Below are positions 16,684 to 27,381 of a DNA stretch of 50,309 nt, piece after piece. Every line of letters begins with the position of its first letter. The stretch's first letter is position 1. Position numbers and translations under genes: made by a program. Source of the stretch: Shigella phage Sfin-3. Location of the stretch: sequence record MN296515; one strand, given 5' to 3'. The notes beneath the pieces were generated by a model, which had not been told where the DNA came from, ran no database searches, and was given only the letters and a program-made list of their open reading frames with translations.

Positions 16684-19557
16684 ATGGTTGATAAGGTAGC
16701 AGGTCTATCGCTTGACGTTGATGTGTCGACAGTGCAGCGCGCCGTCAAGTCATTGAAAGAGTTTTCAAAAGCTAACGACCAAGCCGCTGACTCTATGGGG
16801 TCTTTAATCAATGAGGCCGAGGTTGCAAAACAGAAGGCTAAAGAACACGCTGAGCAACTTAAGCGCCAGCGCAAAGAGTACGAGGCTGTAGAAAAGGCAA
16901 TCGATCCTACAGTATCAAAAATGGAAAGGCTGAAGATTGCATCTCAGCAGCTTGATAAACTCTGGCAAAAGGGTGTTGTTCCAGATGAAACATTTTTCCG
17001 TTTGGGTGAAATGCTGGACATGCAAAATGCAAAACTTGCTCGCAGCCGAGCCATGCTTACTGAAGAGGGGCAGGCAGCATTGCAGGAAGCGAAAGCAAAA
17101 GAGCAGGCAGCAGCGAAAAACAAAGCGTTCATGGATTCCCTGAACAGTCAGGTTAACGCTATTGGCAAAACTCACGCAGAGTTAATGGAACTGAAAGCGG
17201 CTCAGCTTGGACTATCAAATGAAGCAGCGCCACTGATCGCAAAACTGAAAGAGCAGGGTCGAGCCATGAATGCCGCAGGTATTAGCGCGGGGCAATATAG
17301 GCAGGCAATGCGAATGCTTCCTGCACAGATTACCGACGTCGTTACATCTCTTGCGTCCGGTATGCCAGTTTGGATGGTTGCCATCCAGCAAGGCGGTCAA
17401 ATCAAGGACTCGTTCGGCGGGATCGGGAATACGTTTAAGGTATTGCTCAGCTATATTAATCCGGTCACAGTTGGTGTTGGTGTTCTTGTCGGCTCTTTAG
17501 GTCTTCTTGCGAAAGCTGGTTATGACTCTTACAAGTCAATAACTGATATGCAGAAGGCTCTTGTTGAGACTGGAGGTTATGCAGGAGTCACGGCTGAAGA
17601 ACTTGATTCTGTTGCTAAAAAGGTGTCTCAGACGAGCAATTCAACAATTTCAAGCATTCGTGAGATTGTTACTGAACTTGCCAGTACGGGGAAGTATACG
17701 CGAGAGCAGATTCAGAACATCACAAAGGCTACCGCTGAGTGGTCGACAGCAACCGGTAAATCAGCAAGTAAAATCATCGCTGAGTTCGATAAAATCGCAA
17801 GCGATCCTGTAAAGGGTCTGGCTAAACTTAACGAGCAATACAACTTTTTAGAAAAAGGGCAACTGACATATATCGATACGCTAAGCCGCACTAAGGGTGA
17901 AACAGAGGCAGTGTCTGAAGCCACGAAATTATTCGCCGATGTAATGGAAAAACGAATGAAGTCGATCGCTGATAATGCTACCCCTCTGGAAAAAATGTGG
18001 AACGATATTAAGCAGTGGGCCTCTGATGCGTGGGGGTGGGTTGGGGATCATACTCTCGGAGCATTAAACCTGATTATTGACGTAGTTCAGGGTACGGTAA
18101 TTCAGGTAAAAATGATTCTGGCGAAGGGTGATGAGTACATCTCAAACTTTATAGCCTCTGCAATTAAGGCTACGCAGTCTCTGCCTGGAATGAGTGATTT
18201 CGGCGCTGATGTACTGAAGGAGCAGGAGAACATCGTAAAAAGTTCTCGCGACAACTACGATCAGTTGGCTTCAGAGCTTGATGCCATCAACGCTCGTGTA
18301 GAAAAAGGCGAGATGGGATACATTGAAGCAATGAGGCAGCGTCGCACTCTTGAAAAGCAGTACAGCGAGGAAACTAAGGAAGCAATAAGGAAAGAAGCAG
18401 AAGAGATCGAGAAGCGAAACCGAGAACGAAATAAGCAGTCGAAAATTGTACGCTCACCGACAGAGCAATTCGACAAGGAGTTAATTTCACTCAAGGCTCA
18501 ACTTAAGGTATTGCAGGAGCACAAGGAGATCGGGCAAAAACTTTCCGCACAGAGAAAAGCGCTGTTTACGACCGAGGCAACGATTGCTGTTCTTCGTGAA
18601 GCCAGTTCTAAGCGTCAGTTGTCTGCGGAAGAAAAAGCGTTGCTGGCAAGTCAGGAGAGAGTTATTGAGCTTGCAAAACAGAAGGCCGAGATTGGCGATC
18701 AGATTGTTAAGCAACAACAGTTGAATGATCTTACCGATAAATCTCTGAAGTTTGTCAATGAGATGACGGCGGCGACAGAACAGCTTAACGCGTCACGCGG
18801 TCTTAGCACGCGCGAGATGGAACGACAAGCGGAACTGGCTAAAATAACCACTGATTACATCAACTCTGGAGGTAGTGAGGGAGACGAAAAACTCCAGAAC
18901 ATGATTAAGGCGCAAAATGATTACTATGCTGCGGAAGATGCCAAGCGCGCTGACTGGTTAGCTGGTGCTGAAAGCGCATTTGCAGATTACGGCGATTCTG
19001 CAATGGATATGTACGGCAACGTGTATGATATCGCGTCAAGTTCACTTAACGGAATGAGTGATATGATGACCCAATTCCTGACTACAGGTAAGGCAAACTT
19101 TGAGGACTTTGCGAAAAACATCATTAGCATGATTATAAAGATGATTGCTCAGATGGTAATCTTCAATACGATCTCAGGCATGATGGGCGGTAAGACGTGG
19201 AGCTTTGCTGGAGTGGCGTCGTCTGGTGCTTCTGCGGCATCACAGGCAACCCCTACGCCTGCCGCCTCCGGTTTTAGGTCTTTATCATCTGGCGTTGCTG
19301 TTACCTCGCTTGCTGCCGCAGCTGGTAGTGTGGCAACATCTGGATTTAACGCATCTAAAGCAGCGCCGAAGGCAGTAAACCAATCAGCAGGTGGGACGGT
19401 CGTTGACGTTAGGGGCATGGAGGTTAAAGTTGACAATGGTTCAGATCCGAGAGGAATTTCTCAGGGCGTAGAGATGATGTTCAAAAAAATGATTCGCGAG
19501 TCTTGTTCGCAGGGCGGTGAGGTTTACAATTACATTCAGGAGAAAACGGGAGGCTAA
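16684..19557 (+). CDS. tail tape measure protein
   Basis: 957 aa; coiled-coil-rich N-terminal two thirds, hydrophobic segment, Gly/Ala/Ser-rich C-terminus; classic position. Confidence 0.9.
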   Translation: MVDKVAGLSLDVDVSTVQRAVKSLKEFSKANDQAADSMGSLINEAEVAKQKAKEHAEQLKRQRKEYEAVEKAIDPTVSKMERLKIASQQLDKLWQKGVVPDETFFRLGEMLDMQNAKLARSRAMLTEEGQAALQEAKAKEQAAAKNKAFMDSLNSQVNAIGKTHAELMELKAAQLGLSNEAAPLIAKLKEQGRAMNAAGISAGQYRQAMRMLPAQITDVVTSLASGMPVWMVAIQQGGQIKDSFGGIGNTFKVLLSYINPVTVGVGVLVGSLGLLAKAGYDSYKSITDMQKALVETGGYAGVTAEELDSVAKKVSQTSNSTISSIREIVTELASTGKYTREQIQNITKATAEWSTATGKSASKIIAEFDKIASDPVKGLAKLNEQYNFLEKGQLTYIDTLSRTKGETEAVSEATKLFADVMEKRMKSIADNATPLEKMWNDIKQWASDAWGWVGDHTLGALNLIIDVVQGTVIQVKMILAKGDEYISNFIASAIKATQSLPGMSDFGADVLKEQENIVKSSRDNYDQLASELDAINARVEKGEMGYIEAMRQRRTLEKQYSEETKEAIRKEAEEIEKRNRERNKQSKIVRSPTEQFDKELISLKAQLKVLQEHKEIGQKLSAQRKALFTTEATIAVLREASSKRQLSAEEKALLASQERVIELAKQKAEIGDQIVKQQQLNDLTDKSLKFVNEMTAATEQLNASRGLSTREMERQAELAKITTDYINSGGSEGDEKLQNMIKAQNDYYAAEDAKRADWLAGAESAFADYGDSAMDMYGNVYDIASSSLNGMSDMMTQFLTTGKANFEDFAKNIISMIIKMIAQMVIFNTISGMMGGKTWSFAGVASSGASAASQATPTPAASGFRSLSSGVAVTSLAAAAGSVATSGFNASKAAPKAVNQSAGGTVVDVRGMEVKVDNGSDPRGISQGVEMMFKKMIRESCSQGGEVYNYIQEKTGG

Positions 19558-19559
19558 TA

Positions 19560-19913
19560 ATGGCGGCACTTGATACTTTCAGTTGGTGTACGCAGGTTCA
19601 AGGTGGCGGTGGCTCCCTTACCACTACCAACAATGACAGATCCATACAGTTTGGAAACGGCTACATGCAGCTTGCATCATCTGGATTTAACACCACTCGA
19701 CGCGAGTATTCGGTTGTCTACGCTGGGGAGGATTTCATGGCTGTTTACAACTTCTGCGATTCTCACCGCATTAAACCGTTCGCATGGACGCCGCCGGACG
19801 GAAAGATCGGGATATGGGTTGTTAAGCCTAACAGCCTGGGCGCGAAGCCAGTATCACGCGACGTGATGGAGATTAACGTCACGTTTATGGAGCAGTTTAC
19901 ATCTATGGATTAA
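19560..19913 (+). CDS. minor tail protein (lambda gpM-like)
   Basis: 117 aa directly after tape measure; synteny with lambda-like M-L-K-I-J module. Confidence 0.65.
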   Translation: MAALDTFSWCTQVQGGGGSLTTTNNDRSIQFGNGYMQLASSGFNTTRREYSVVYAGEDFMAVYNFCDSHRIKPFAWTPPDGKIGIWVVKPNSLGAKPVSRDVMEINVTFMEQFTSMD

Positions 19914-19929
19914 CGCCACATAACAAAAG

Positions 19930-19951
19930 CCCGCCTTGCGCGGGTTTTTTT
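19930..19951 (+). terminator. rho-independent terminator
   Basis: CCCGC-cttgc-GCGGG then T7; same hairpin sequence as 22108-22130. Confidence 0.65.
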
Positions 19952-19992
19952 GTAGCTGTAGAATGGTTGCAGGTAAACAAGAGGAAAAATCA

Positions 19993-20775
19993 ATGAGCGA
20001 AAACAAAAAACTTTATGATGAAGAAAGCGGAAGAAGCCTGTTTCACAACTGCCTACAATCACTATATCCGGGAGAGATAATCACTCTCATCGAAGTTGAT
20101 GGTAGTAAGTTCGGCGCTCAGGTGTACCGATTCCACGGTGAGAATATCCAGTACACTCCAGAAGAAATCATGCAGGCCCAGCAAACTGGAACGCTACCGC
20201 CGAAGGAAATTACATTCCGTGGCGAGAAATACGGGGCGCGACCTTTCGGTATATCCGGGATCTCATTTGACAGTTCAGGCAAGGCAACAAAACCGCAGTT
20301 GACGGTGGCGAACATTGATAGCAGAGTATCTGCAATGATTCGATCATATAACGGATTGATGCAAGCTAAGGTGACAATCTGGATCACTCAAAAGGACTTA
20401 ATTCAACCTGACGGCTCAATAGCTGACGGCGCTTACCGCAAACTGGTATACTATATCGAACGCCCGAGCTATGTCGATAAGAGCGTCGCCCGATTCGATC
20501 TCACGTCTCCGTATGATATGGATGGCATCATGATCCCGTCTCGACTAACGCAAAGCGTTTGCTATTGGGCGCAGCGGGGATGGTATAAAACCGGGAAAGG
20601 CTGCGGATACAACGGGCAAAACGGTTATTTTGACAAAGACAATAATCCGGTAGACGATCCTGCTTTGGATTTCTGCCCAGGTACGGTAACGGCCTGCCGC
20701 CTTCGATTCGGCGCAAACAATGAACTGGATTTTGGCGGCTGCGCGGTTGCTTCACTACAGAGGAAAAATCAATGA
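19993..20775 (+). CDS. minor tail protein (lambda gpL-like)
   Basis: ATG 19993 with GAGGAAAAA RBS; C-terminal Cys cluster (CGYNG...CPG...CRLRF...GGC) resembles gpL. Confidence 0.7.
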   Translation: MSENKKLYDEESGRSLFHNCLQSLYPGEIITLIEVDGSKFGAQVYRFHGENIQYTPEEIMQAQQTGTLPPKEITFRGEKYGARPFGISGISFDSSGKATKPQLTVANIDSRVSAMIRSYNGLMQAKVTIWITQKDLIQPDGSIADGAYRKLVYYIERPSYVDKSVARFDLTSPYDMDGIMIPSRLTQSVCYWAQRGWYKTGKGCGYNGQNGYFDKDNNPVDDPALDFCPGTVTACRLRFGANNELDFGGCAVASLQRKNQ

Positions 20776-21506
20776 TTAATGCAAAAATTAAACTTGAAAT
20801 CATGACTCACGCTCAAGAAGAATACCCCCGCGAATGCTGCGGGGTAGTTACCCAAAAAGGACGCGTGCAAAAATACCATCGCATTGATAACGTGCATCGC
20901 GATCCTGAGAATCATTTCATGATGGACGCAGTGCAATACGCATGTATTGAGGATGACGCAGACTCAACCACGATTGCGATCGTTCACAGCCACACAGGAG
21001 ACGGGGCTACAACTCTTCCCAGTGCGCACGATACATGCATGTGCAACGAGATGGAAGTTACATGGATTATTGTTAGCGTACCGGAAGGAGATATGCGATT
21101 TGTTAAGCCTGAGAAATTACCTCTGATTGGTCGACCGTGGTCGTTAGGATCATTTGACTGTTACGGGCTAGTAATGGCGTGGCACAAAGAGCACGGCGTA
21201 GAGTTACGCGATCGCCGATTGAATTTTGAATGGTGGAAACCTGAGTACGGAATTAATCTCTATCAGGATTATTACAAGCAAGATGGATTCGTTGAGATTC
21301 CAGATCAGAATAACCCATCATTCGGGGATATGGTAATCATGCAGATAGGGCAAAATGTTCCAGTATGGAACCACGCAGGGATTTACCTGGGTGATAATCA
21401 GATCTTGCATCACGCCTTTGGCAAACTTTCGCGACGTGATATCTATTCCGGCTGGTATCAGGATCATACTGTTTTAATTGTTCGCCATAAGGATCTTAAA
21501 TTATGA
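20772..21506 (+). CDS. tail assembly protein (lambda gpK-like, JAB/MPN + NlpC/P60)
   Basis: 244 aa; N-terminal ...CCGV...HSH..GD (MPN-like) and C-terminal Cys/His papain-like region. Confidence 0.7.
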   Translation: MINAKIKLEIMTHAQEEYPRECCGVVTQKGRVQKYHRIDNVHRDPENHFMMDAVQYACIEDDADSTTIAIVHSHTGDGATTLPSAHDTCMCNEMEVTWIIVSVPEGDMRFVKPEKLPLIGRPWSLGSFDCYGLVMAWHKEHGVELRDRRLNFEWWKPEYGINLYQDYYKQDGFVEIPDQNNPSFGDMVIMQIGQNVPVWNHAGIYLGDNQILHHAFGKLSRRDIYSGWYQDHTVLIVRHKDLKL

Positions 21507-22096
21507 ATGATGTAAAAGTAATCAAATTATCCGGTTCACTTGGAAGGCGCTTCGGCGTCTTTCACAGATTCGCCGTTGACTCTTACCCGGAAGCTATCCG
21601 GGCGCTATCCAGTCAGGTGGATGGATTCAAAGAATATATGCAAAGTGAGGTCGGATCACGTAGCAAGTTTGCAATATTTGTGGATGGCGTTAACGTTGGA
21701 CACCATGAAGAGGAAAAATTCAAGTGTGCCAAAGAGATAAGGATTGTCCCGATCCCGACTGGTTCTAAGTCAGGCGGTCTATTCCAGGTTGTATTGGGTG
21801 CGGCAATAATGGTTGCTGCGTTCTATACTGGCGGCGCATCTCTGGCGTTAATGGGAACAATGTCCTCGTCTCTGTTTATGATGGGCGGCGCTATGGTGCT
21901 GGGCGGCGTGATGCAGATGATTTCACCGCAGCCTGGAGGCGCAAATTTTGAGGTTCAGTCAAGCAAGAATAAACCTTCGTACGCGTTCGGTGGTGCTGTC
22001 AATACTACGGCGCGGGATACCCTCTCCCGGTCCCGTATGGATATCGCGCCGGAGGTGGCGCAACTTTCTCAGCAGGTTCTTATGCCGAGGATATGA
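21503..22096 (+). CDS. tail assembly protein (lambda gpI-like)
   Basis: 197 aa; C-terminal Gly/Ala/Met-rich hydrophobic segment typical of gpI; followed by terminator 22108-22130. Confidence 0.65.
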   Translation: MNDVKVIKLSGSLGRRFGVFHRFAVDSYPEAIRALSSQVDGFKEYMQSEVGSRSKFAIFVDGVNVGHHEEEKFKCAKEIRIVPIPTGSKSGGLFQVVLGAAIMVAAFYTGGASLALMGTMSSSLFMMGGAMVLGGVMQMISPQPGGANFEVQSSKNKPSYAFGGAVNTTARDTLSRSRMDIAPEVAQLSQQVLMPRI

Positions 22097-22107
22097 GTTA
22101 AAATTAA

Positions 22108-22130
22108 CCCGCCTTGCGCGGGTTTTTTTT
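22108..22130 (+). terminator. rho-independent terminator
   Basis: CCCGC-cttgc-GCGGG then T8; just before tail tip gene. Confidence 0.65.
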
Positions 22131-22178
22131 CGCCTGTATAATGAGTCCACCGATAAATAGCACAAAAAGGTAAACATC

Positions 22179-25100
22179 ATGATTCAAAAAGTGATAAGCG
22201 GATCTAAAGGTGGGTCACAGAAGCCTCATAACCCGGTTGAGATGGAGGACAATCTAATCTCAATCAACAAAATCAAGATCCTGTTAGCTGTATCTGATGG
22301 TGAAATTGACGAAACATTCAGCCTAAAGCAGTTGATGTTTAACTCAGTTCCGGTGCAAAACGAGGATGGATCGTTCAACTTCGAAGGGGTGAAGGCAGAG
22401 TTCAGGTCGGGGACGCAGACTCAGGAATATATCAAGGGAATGGAAGATAGCTCTAGTGAGGTAACTGTGAATCGTGAGGTTACTACCGATAATCCATACA
22501 CGATCTCAGTAACCAACAAAACGCTGTCGGCAATCCGTATCAAAATGTTCATGCCTCGCGGCGTACGAATTGAAAATAACGGTGATAAAAATGGCGTAAG
22601 AGTTGAGTATGAGGTGCAACAAGCTGTTGATGGCGGCTCGTTTGAGACGGTGCTCACCGATGTAATCGAAGGCAAAACAATGTCAGGTTACGATCGAAGC
22701 CGTCGCGTAAACCTTCCGAACTTCAACAATCAGGTAATATTCAGAGTTGTTCGAAAGACTCCAGACTCTAACGACTCTAACGTTGTTGATGCGATCCAGG
22801 TAAAGAGTTATGCCGAGGTGATTGATGCCAAATTCCGTTACCCTCTGACAGGTCTTCTTTTCGTCGAGTTCGACTCGAAGATGTTCCCAAACCAGTTACC
22901 TACGATCTCAATTCGTAAGCGCTGGAAGATTGTAAACGTTCCATCAAACTACGATCCGGAATCACGAACCTACAACGGCAATTGGGATGGGACTTTCAAG
23001 AAGGCGTGGACTAACAACCCGGCATGGGTTCTATACGACCTGATGATTAATCAGCGCTACGGGCTGGATCAGAAGGAGCTTGGAATCTCCGTCGATAAAT
23101 GGGCGCTCTATGAGGCGGCGCAATATTGCGACCAGATGGTTCCAGACGGGAAAGGTGGTACGGAGCCTCGCTACCTTTGCGACGTGATAATTCAGTCACA
23201 GACTGATGCGTACAAGGTGATTCGAGATATTTGCTCAATATTCCGTGGTATGAGCTTCTGGAATGGTGAAAGCATCTCGGTAATCATCGACAGACCGCGT
23301 GAGCCTGCGTACATCTTCACTAACGACAACGTTGTTAATGGTGACTTCTCCTATACGTTCGCAAGCGAAAAGAGTATGTACACGACGTGTAACGTGATGT
23401 TTGACGACGAGCAAAACATGTATCAGCAGGACGTTGAGCCAGTATTCGATCGTGAGGCTACTCTACGGTTCGGGAACAACGTAACGAGCATTACAGCGAT
23501 CGGCTGCACACGTCGAAGTGAGGCCAACCGACGCGGGAGATGGATTCTGAAAACTAACCTCCGCAGCACTACGGTAAACTTCGCTACCGGGCTTGAAGGT
23601 ATGATCCCGACAATAGGTGATGTTGTGGCAATAGCCGACAACTTCTGGTCAAGCAACTTGACTATGAACCTATCAGGGCGCTTGCTTGAAGTGTCTGGAA
23701 GCCAGATTTTCTTGCCGTTCCGTGTGGATGCGCGCGCAGGTGACTTTATTATCGTAAATAAGCCCGACGGCAAGCCCGTGAAGCGCACAATCTCAAGTGT
23801 TAGTGCGGATGGTAAGACTATAGAGGTTAACATTGGCTTTGGCTTTCCTGTGAAGCCTAACGCGGTATTCGCTATCGACCGCACCGACATTGCGCTACAA
23901 CAGTACGTCGTGACAAAAATCGATAAGGGCGATGATGACGAGGAATTTACCTACAAAATCACGGCGGTGGAGTACGATCCTAACAAGTACGACGAGATTG
24001 ATTACGGAGTTAACATCGACGACCGACCGACGAGCATCGTTGAACCAGATCAGATCCCTAGACCGGAAAACGTGCAAGTGTCCTCAGAGTCGAGAATCGT
24101 CCAGGGGATGAGCGTAGAAACGATGATTGTTAGCTGGGATAAAGTGCCGTACGCAGTTTTCTATGACGTACAGTGGAGAAAGGATAACGGCAACTGGCAA
24201 AACGTTCCGCAGACAGCAAACAAAGAGGTTTACGTTGAGGGTATTTACGCTGGCAACTATCAGGTTCGCGTTCGCTCCGTAGCTGGTTCCGGTACGACTT
24301 CAGGATGGTCAAATATCGTAGCTGCGACGCTGACGGGCAAACAAGGTGAGCCGGGTCGACCGATTAACCTCACAGCTACGGATGATGTTGTTTTTGGTAT
24401 CCGTACAAAATGGGGGTTCTCTGATGGTTCTGGAGATACGGCCTATACAGAGTTGCAACAGTCACCGGATGGAACGGTTGACAATGCGAGTTTACTCTCT
24501 CTGATCCCGTATCCGCAGCATGAGTATTATCATTCACCGATGCCGGGCGGGAATATTGTGTGGTATCGGGTAAGGACGGTTGATAGGATCGGTAACGTGT
24601 CTCAGTGGACTGATTTTGTCAGAGGTATGGCATCAACAAACGTTGACGATATCATCGGAGAGATTTCTGTCGATATAGAAAACTCGCCGGGCTACAAGTG
24701 GCTTGTTGATAACGCAACAGACAACGCGGCGCAGAACGCAGCTAACGCAGAGGCAGCAATAGAAAACGCGCTCGCCAATGACAAAGACGCGATCTACATG
24801 AAGAAGGAGAACGGAAAACGAAAAGCTGAGTACACGAAATCACTGAAACTTATTGCTGATGAGACGCAGGCACGAGTGACGGCGATCGAGCAATTGAAGG
24901 CAAGTTTTGGAGATCAGATTAGCGCAAGCAACAGCGAATTGCGTGAGGTTATCGCAACCGAGACTGAAGCACTATCGCGTGAGATTGATCAGCTTAAGGC
25001 TCAGATTGGTGACGATATTCAGGCAAGTTTGACTGATATCAGAGAGGCTATAGCAAACGAGGCTGAGGCGAGAACGCAAGCTGACTTGTCATTAAGCGCG

Positions 25101-25598
25101 AGGCTTGGGGATAATGAGGCGGCACTTTCTCAAAAACTTGATTCGTGGAGTAATGCGGATTCGACTGGTGCAATGTACGGCGTCAAGCTGGGTCTGAAGT
25201 ATAACGGCCAAGAATACAGTGCTGGTATGGCTATGTCTCTTATTGGTTCAGGTGCTGCGGTTAAGGCGCAAATTCTATTCGAGGCGTCACGATTTGCAAT
25301 CATGACAGGGATGAACGGTCAGACTCAGTATCCTTTCGTTGTTGAAGGTAATCAGGTGATTCTTAATAGCGCCATCATTAAGAACGGATTCATCACGAAT
25401 GCGATGATTGGAAACTTCATTCAGTCGAATAACTATGTCTTTAACCAGTCCGGATGGAGGCTTGACAAGGGTGGAACATTCGAAAACTACGGAAGTGACG
25501 GTGAGGGTGCAATGAAGCAAACTAATACCACAATATCTGTTAGGGATGCGAGTGGTCGCCTGAGGGTTCAGATTGGCAGGTTGACTGGTTCATGGTAA
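22179..25598 (+). CDS. tail tip / host specificity protein (lambda gpJ-like)
   Basis: 1139 aa; fibronectin-III-like repeats; C-terminal coiled coil and receptor-binding region; classic position. Confidence 0.85.
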   Translation: MIQKVISGSKGGSQKPHNPVEMEDNLISINKIKILLAVSDGEIDETFSLKQLMFNSVPVQNEDGSFNFEGVKAEFRSGTQTQEYIKGMEDSSSEVTVNREVTTDNPYTISVTNKTLSAIRIKMFMPRGVRIENNGDKNGVRVEYEVQQAVDGGSFETVLTDVIEGKTMSGYDRSRRVNLPNFNNQVIFRVVRKTPDSNDSNVVDAIQVKSYAEVIDAKFRYPLTGLLFVEFDSKMFPNQLPTISIRKRWKIVNVPSNYDPESRTYNGNWDGTFKKAWTNNPAWVLYDLMINQRYGLDQKELGISVDKWALYEAAQYCDQMVPDGKGGTEPRYLCDVIIQSQTDAYKVIRDICSIFRGMSFWNGESISVIIDRPREPAYIFTNDNVVNGDFSYTFASEKSMYTTCNVMFDDEQNMYQQDVEPVFDREATLRFGNNVTSITAIGCTRRSEANRRGRWILKTNLRSTTVNFATGLEGMIPTIGDVVAIADNFWSSNLTMNLSGRLLEVSGSQIFLPFRVDARAGDFIIVNKPDGKPVKRTISSVSADGKTIEVNIGFGFPVKPNAVFAIDRTDIALQQYVVTKIDKGDDDEEFTYKITAVEYDPNKYDEIDYGVNIDDRPTSIVEPDQIPRPENVQVSSESRIVQGMSVETMIVSWDKVPYAVFYDVQWRKDNGNWQNVPQTANKEVYVEGIYAGNYQVRVRSVAGSGTTSGWSNIVAATLTGKQGEPGRPINLTATDDVVFGIRTKWGFSDGSGDTAYTELQQSPDGTVDNASLLSLIPYPQHEYYHSPMPGGNIVWYRVRTVDRIGNVSQWTDFVRGMASTNVDDIIGEISVDIENSPGYKWLVDNATDNAAQNAANAEAAIENALANDKDAIYMKKENGKRKAEYTKSLKLIADETQARVTAIEQLKASFGDQISASNSELREVIATETEALSREIDQLKAQIGDDIQASLTDIREAIANEAEARTQADLSLSARLGDNEAALSQKLDSWSNADSTGAMYGVKLGLKYNGQEYSAGMAMSLIGSGAAVKAQILFEASRFAIMTGMNGQTQYPFVVEGNQVILNSAIIKNGFITNAMIGNFIQSNNYVFNQSGWRLDKGGTFENYGSDGEGAMKQTNTTISVRDASGRLRVQIGRLTGSW

Positions 25599-25604
25599 TA
25601 TCAA

Positions 25605-25630
25605 GGGCATCGAGAGATGCCCTTTTCTTT
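25605..25630 (+). terminator. rho-independent terminator
   Basis: 7-bp stem GGGCATC/GATGCCC, loop gaga, then TTTTCTTTT. Confidence 0.65.
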
Positions 25631-25643
25631 TGGAGGATTTATT

Positions 25644-25949
25644 ATGGCGTACGGTATATCAACTTGGGACGCAAATGGCGTTTATAATAACTATGGAATT
25701 AAGCCTGTTACGGTTGTTGGTTGGAACTTTTTGTCAGCAGGACAGAATTCAGCATCGTTCAGCTATCAAGTTCCTCCTGGTATGCATGTGAACTACGTTA
25801 TAAGCCTTGACGATGGCGCCATTAGTGGGCCTGGCAGGAAAATTATTGCTAGCGGTAATACGATAACAGTAACGCCAACAAACTCACCTGGGCCAAACGT
25901 GTACCCATCATCAAACTGCTACTTAATAGCATATCTGGAGAATGATTAA
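25644..25949 (+). CDS. hypothetical protein downstream of J, paralog of next gene
   Basis: ATG 25644 with GGAGGA RBS after terminator; N-terminus MAYGISTWDANG similar to MSYGAFIDVNGN of next gene. Confidence 0.45.
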   Translation: MAYGISTWDANGVYNNYGIKPVTVVGWNFLSAGQNSASFSYQVPPGMHVNYVISLDDGAISGPGRKIIASGNTITVTPTNSPGPNVYPSSNCYLIAYLEND

Positions 25950-26638
25950 TGTCATACGGTGCTTTTATAGATGTAAACGGAAACCCATTCATAACCCCGT
26001 TATCCACGCCATTCGCCTTATATGCGAGAGGGGAAATTCAATCAGTAAATGTTAGTGGTTCACAGGTTGCGGAGAGATATGTTCGGATACCTACAGGTGT
26101 TCCGGTTATAGCTTTTTGCAAAACAACAAACACGCAGCAGGGGACCGCGCTTTCAGCCTTTACTTTCAGAGACGGACCCAATGTTGGAACTGTTTACATA
26201 AGGGGGACAAATCCAGCAAACCAATCATACACGCTAACATACTACATATTTGCCATATTTGAGCAGTCACTACCGAGCTGGGGTATGGCAATATGGGATT
26301 CGTCAGGAAAGCTAGTGCTGACAAATGAGACAAAAGTCCTTAGTGATTTGGTTACAATTGGCACACCTGGATACGCTGGCGGTGGATTAAACATAGACAC
26401 AACACTCAGCGGAAGCTACGCAGTTGTCCCAACCATACTTGGCAACTATCAAATTGTTATCGGCACACTTCCAACTGGGCAACCCATAATAGGAAACTCA
26501 ACAGCAGGAAGTTCATGCAGGTACAACGGGAGCGCGACGAGAATAAATGCAGCAGCAACCACTGCGACGGGTCAGATAATGAACACCACTAACAATGGAA
26601 ATATCATAACAGCAATCAACACGTCAGCATACGACTAA
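25949..26638 (+). CDS. hypothetical protein downstream of J (Gly/Thr/Asn-rich)
   Basis: 229 aa; start overlaps upstream stop; followed by terminator. Confidence 0.5.
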   Translation: MSYGAFIDVNGNPFITPLSTPFALYARGEIQSVNVSGSQVAERYVRIPTGVPVIAFCKTTNTQQGTALSAFTFRDGPNVGTVYIRGTNPANQSYTLTYYIFAIFEQSLPSWGMAIWDSSGKLVLTNETKVLSDLVTIGTPGYAGGGLNIDTTLSGSYAVVPTILGNYQIVIGTLPTGQPIIGNSTAGSSCRYNGSATRINAAATTATGQIMNTTNNGNIITAINTSAYD

Positions 26639-26661
26639 GCCCCTTCCGGGGCTTTTCTTTT
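26639..26661 (+). terminator. rho-independent terminator at end of late operon
   Basis: GCCCC-ttcc-GGGGC then TTTTCTTTT; overlaps cor stop codon on the other strand. Confidence 0.6.
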
Positions 26662-26887
26662 ACATCGAGCAATCGTGAGACTTGAAGTTATTCTCTGATA
26701 CGTAATGGAATGAGAATGGATACCCAGCACGTAACAGCATCTCCTCTCCGCGCATCTTAGAGCCAAAAACGTAAACCGAGTACTCCGCGCCGCCTGATTC
26801 ATAAACTGCCGTACAAGTGCGCTCAGGCATTGATGAACAACCAGTCAGGATGAATGCCGCAGCAATAATGGTGATTAACTTTTTCAT
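26660..26887 (-). CDS. cor: Cor-like outer-membrane lipoprotein (FhuA-blocking superinfection exclusion)
   Basis: 75 aa; signal peptide plus lipobox LTGC; size, lipoprotein nature and position after tail genes match Cor of T1/phi80-type phages; own sigma70-like promoter. Confidence 0.65.
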   Translation of the reverse strand: MKKLITIIAAAFILTGCSSMPERTCTAVYESGGAEYSVYVFGSKMRGEEMLLRAGYPFSFHYVSENNFKSHDCSM

Positions 26888-26916
26888 TTGTATGTCCTCG
26901 TCGTTAGTGTGATTGC

Positions 26917-26945
26917 ATTGTATGTCGCATTTACTTTTATTGCAA
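26917..26945 (-). promoter_or_regulatory. sigma70-like promoter for cor (TTGCAA-17-TACAAT)
   Basis: Minus-strand -35 at 26940-26945 and -10 at 26917-26922; 30 nt upstream of cor ATG. Confidence 0.5.
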
Positions 26946-27353
26946 TAGAGCGATTACAATTTTTCGTGTAACAAGTGTCTATTTTTGTAACCGGAGCGGG
27001 TGTTACAAAATCCACCCCATACGACCGCAGAAGGATATGATAAAAACTCTATATAATATATATAGATAGATAATATTTAATTTTAGCTTTATATATATAA
27101 TTATTGTTGTGTAACAGTTGTCTATCGTGTAACTGGTGATTTGATTGATTCGTCAAATTTCTATCATATATGTTCAAAATTTAATCAATATGGATTCTAC
27201 TTGTAGCTATCTCTGTATTTCTAAGAAAAAGCGGTTACAAGTATTACACAGTAGACATCACATAAAAATAGACTTAAGTCATTGATTCCGTTAATGCTGG
27301 TTGTAACTTGAGCGATATAGACACGCTATTACACACCAATTACATGTATCCGA

Positions 27354-27381
27354 TTGACTAAACGCTGTTAATGGCTATAAT
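27354..27381 (+). promoter_or_regulatory. sigma70-like promoter for exonuclease/Erf/SSB operon (TTGACT-16-TATAAT)
   Basis: -35 27354-27359, -10 27376-27381; 32 nt upstream of ATG 27413. Confidence 0.55.

Noticed and set aside
23423-23890. Antisense or alternative-frame ORFs embedded in large genes (e.g. 23423-23890, 19149-19436, 17202-17400, 32063-32485, 32542-33084, 45173-46000, 5688-6051)
   Set aside because: Lie wholly inside longer ORFs with clear functional motifs, lack RBS, and have low-complexity translations.
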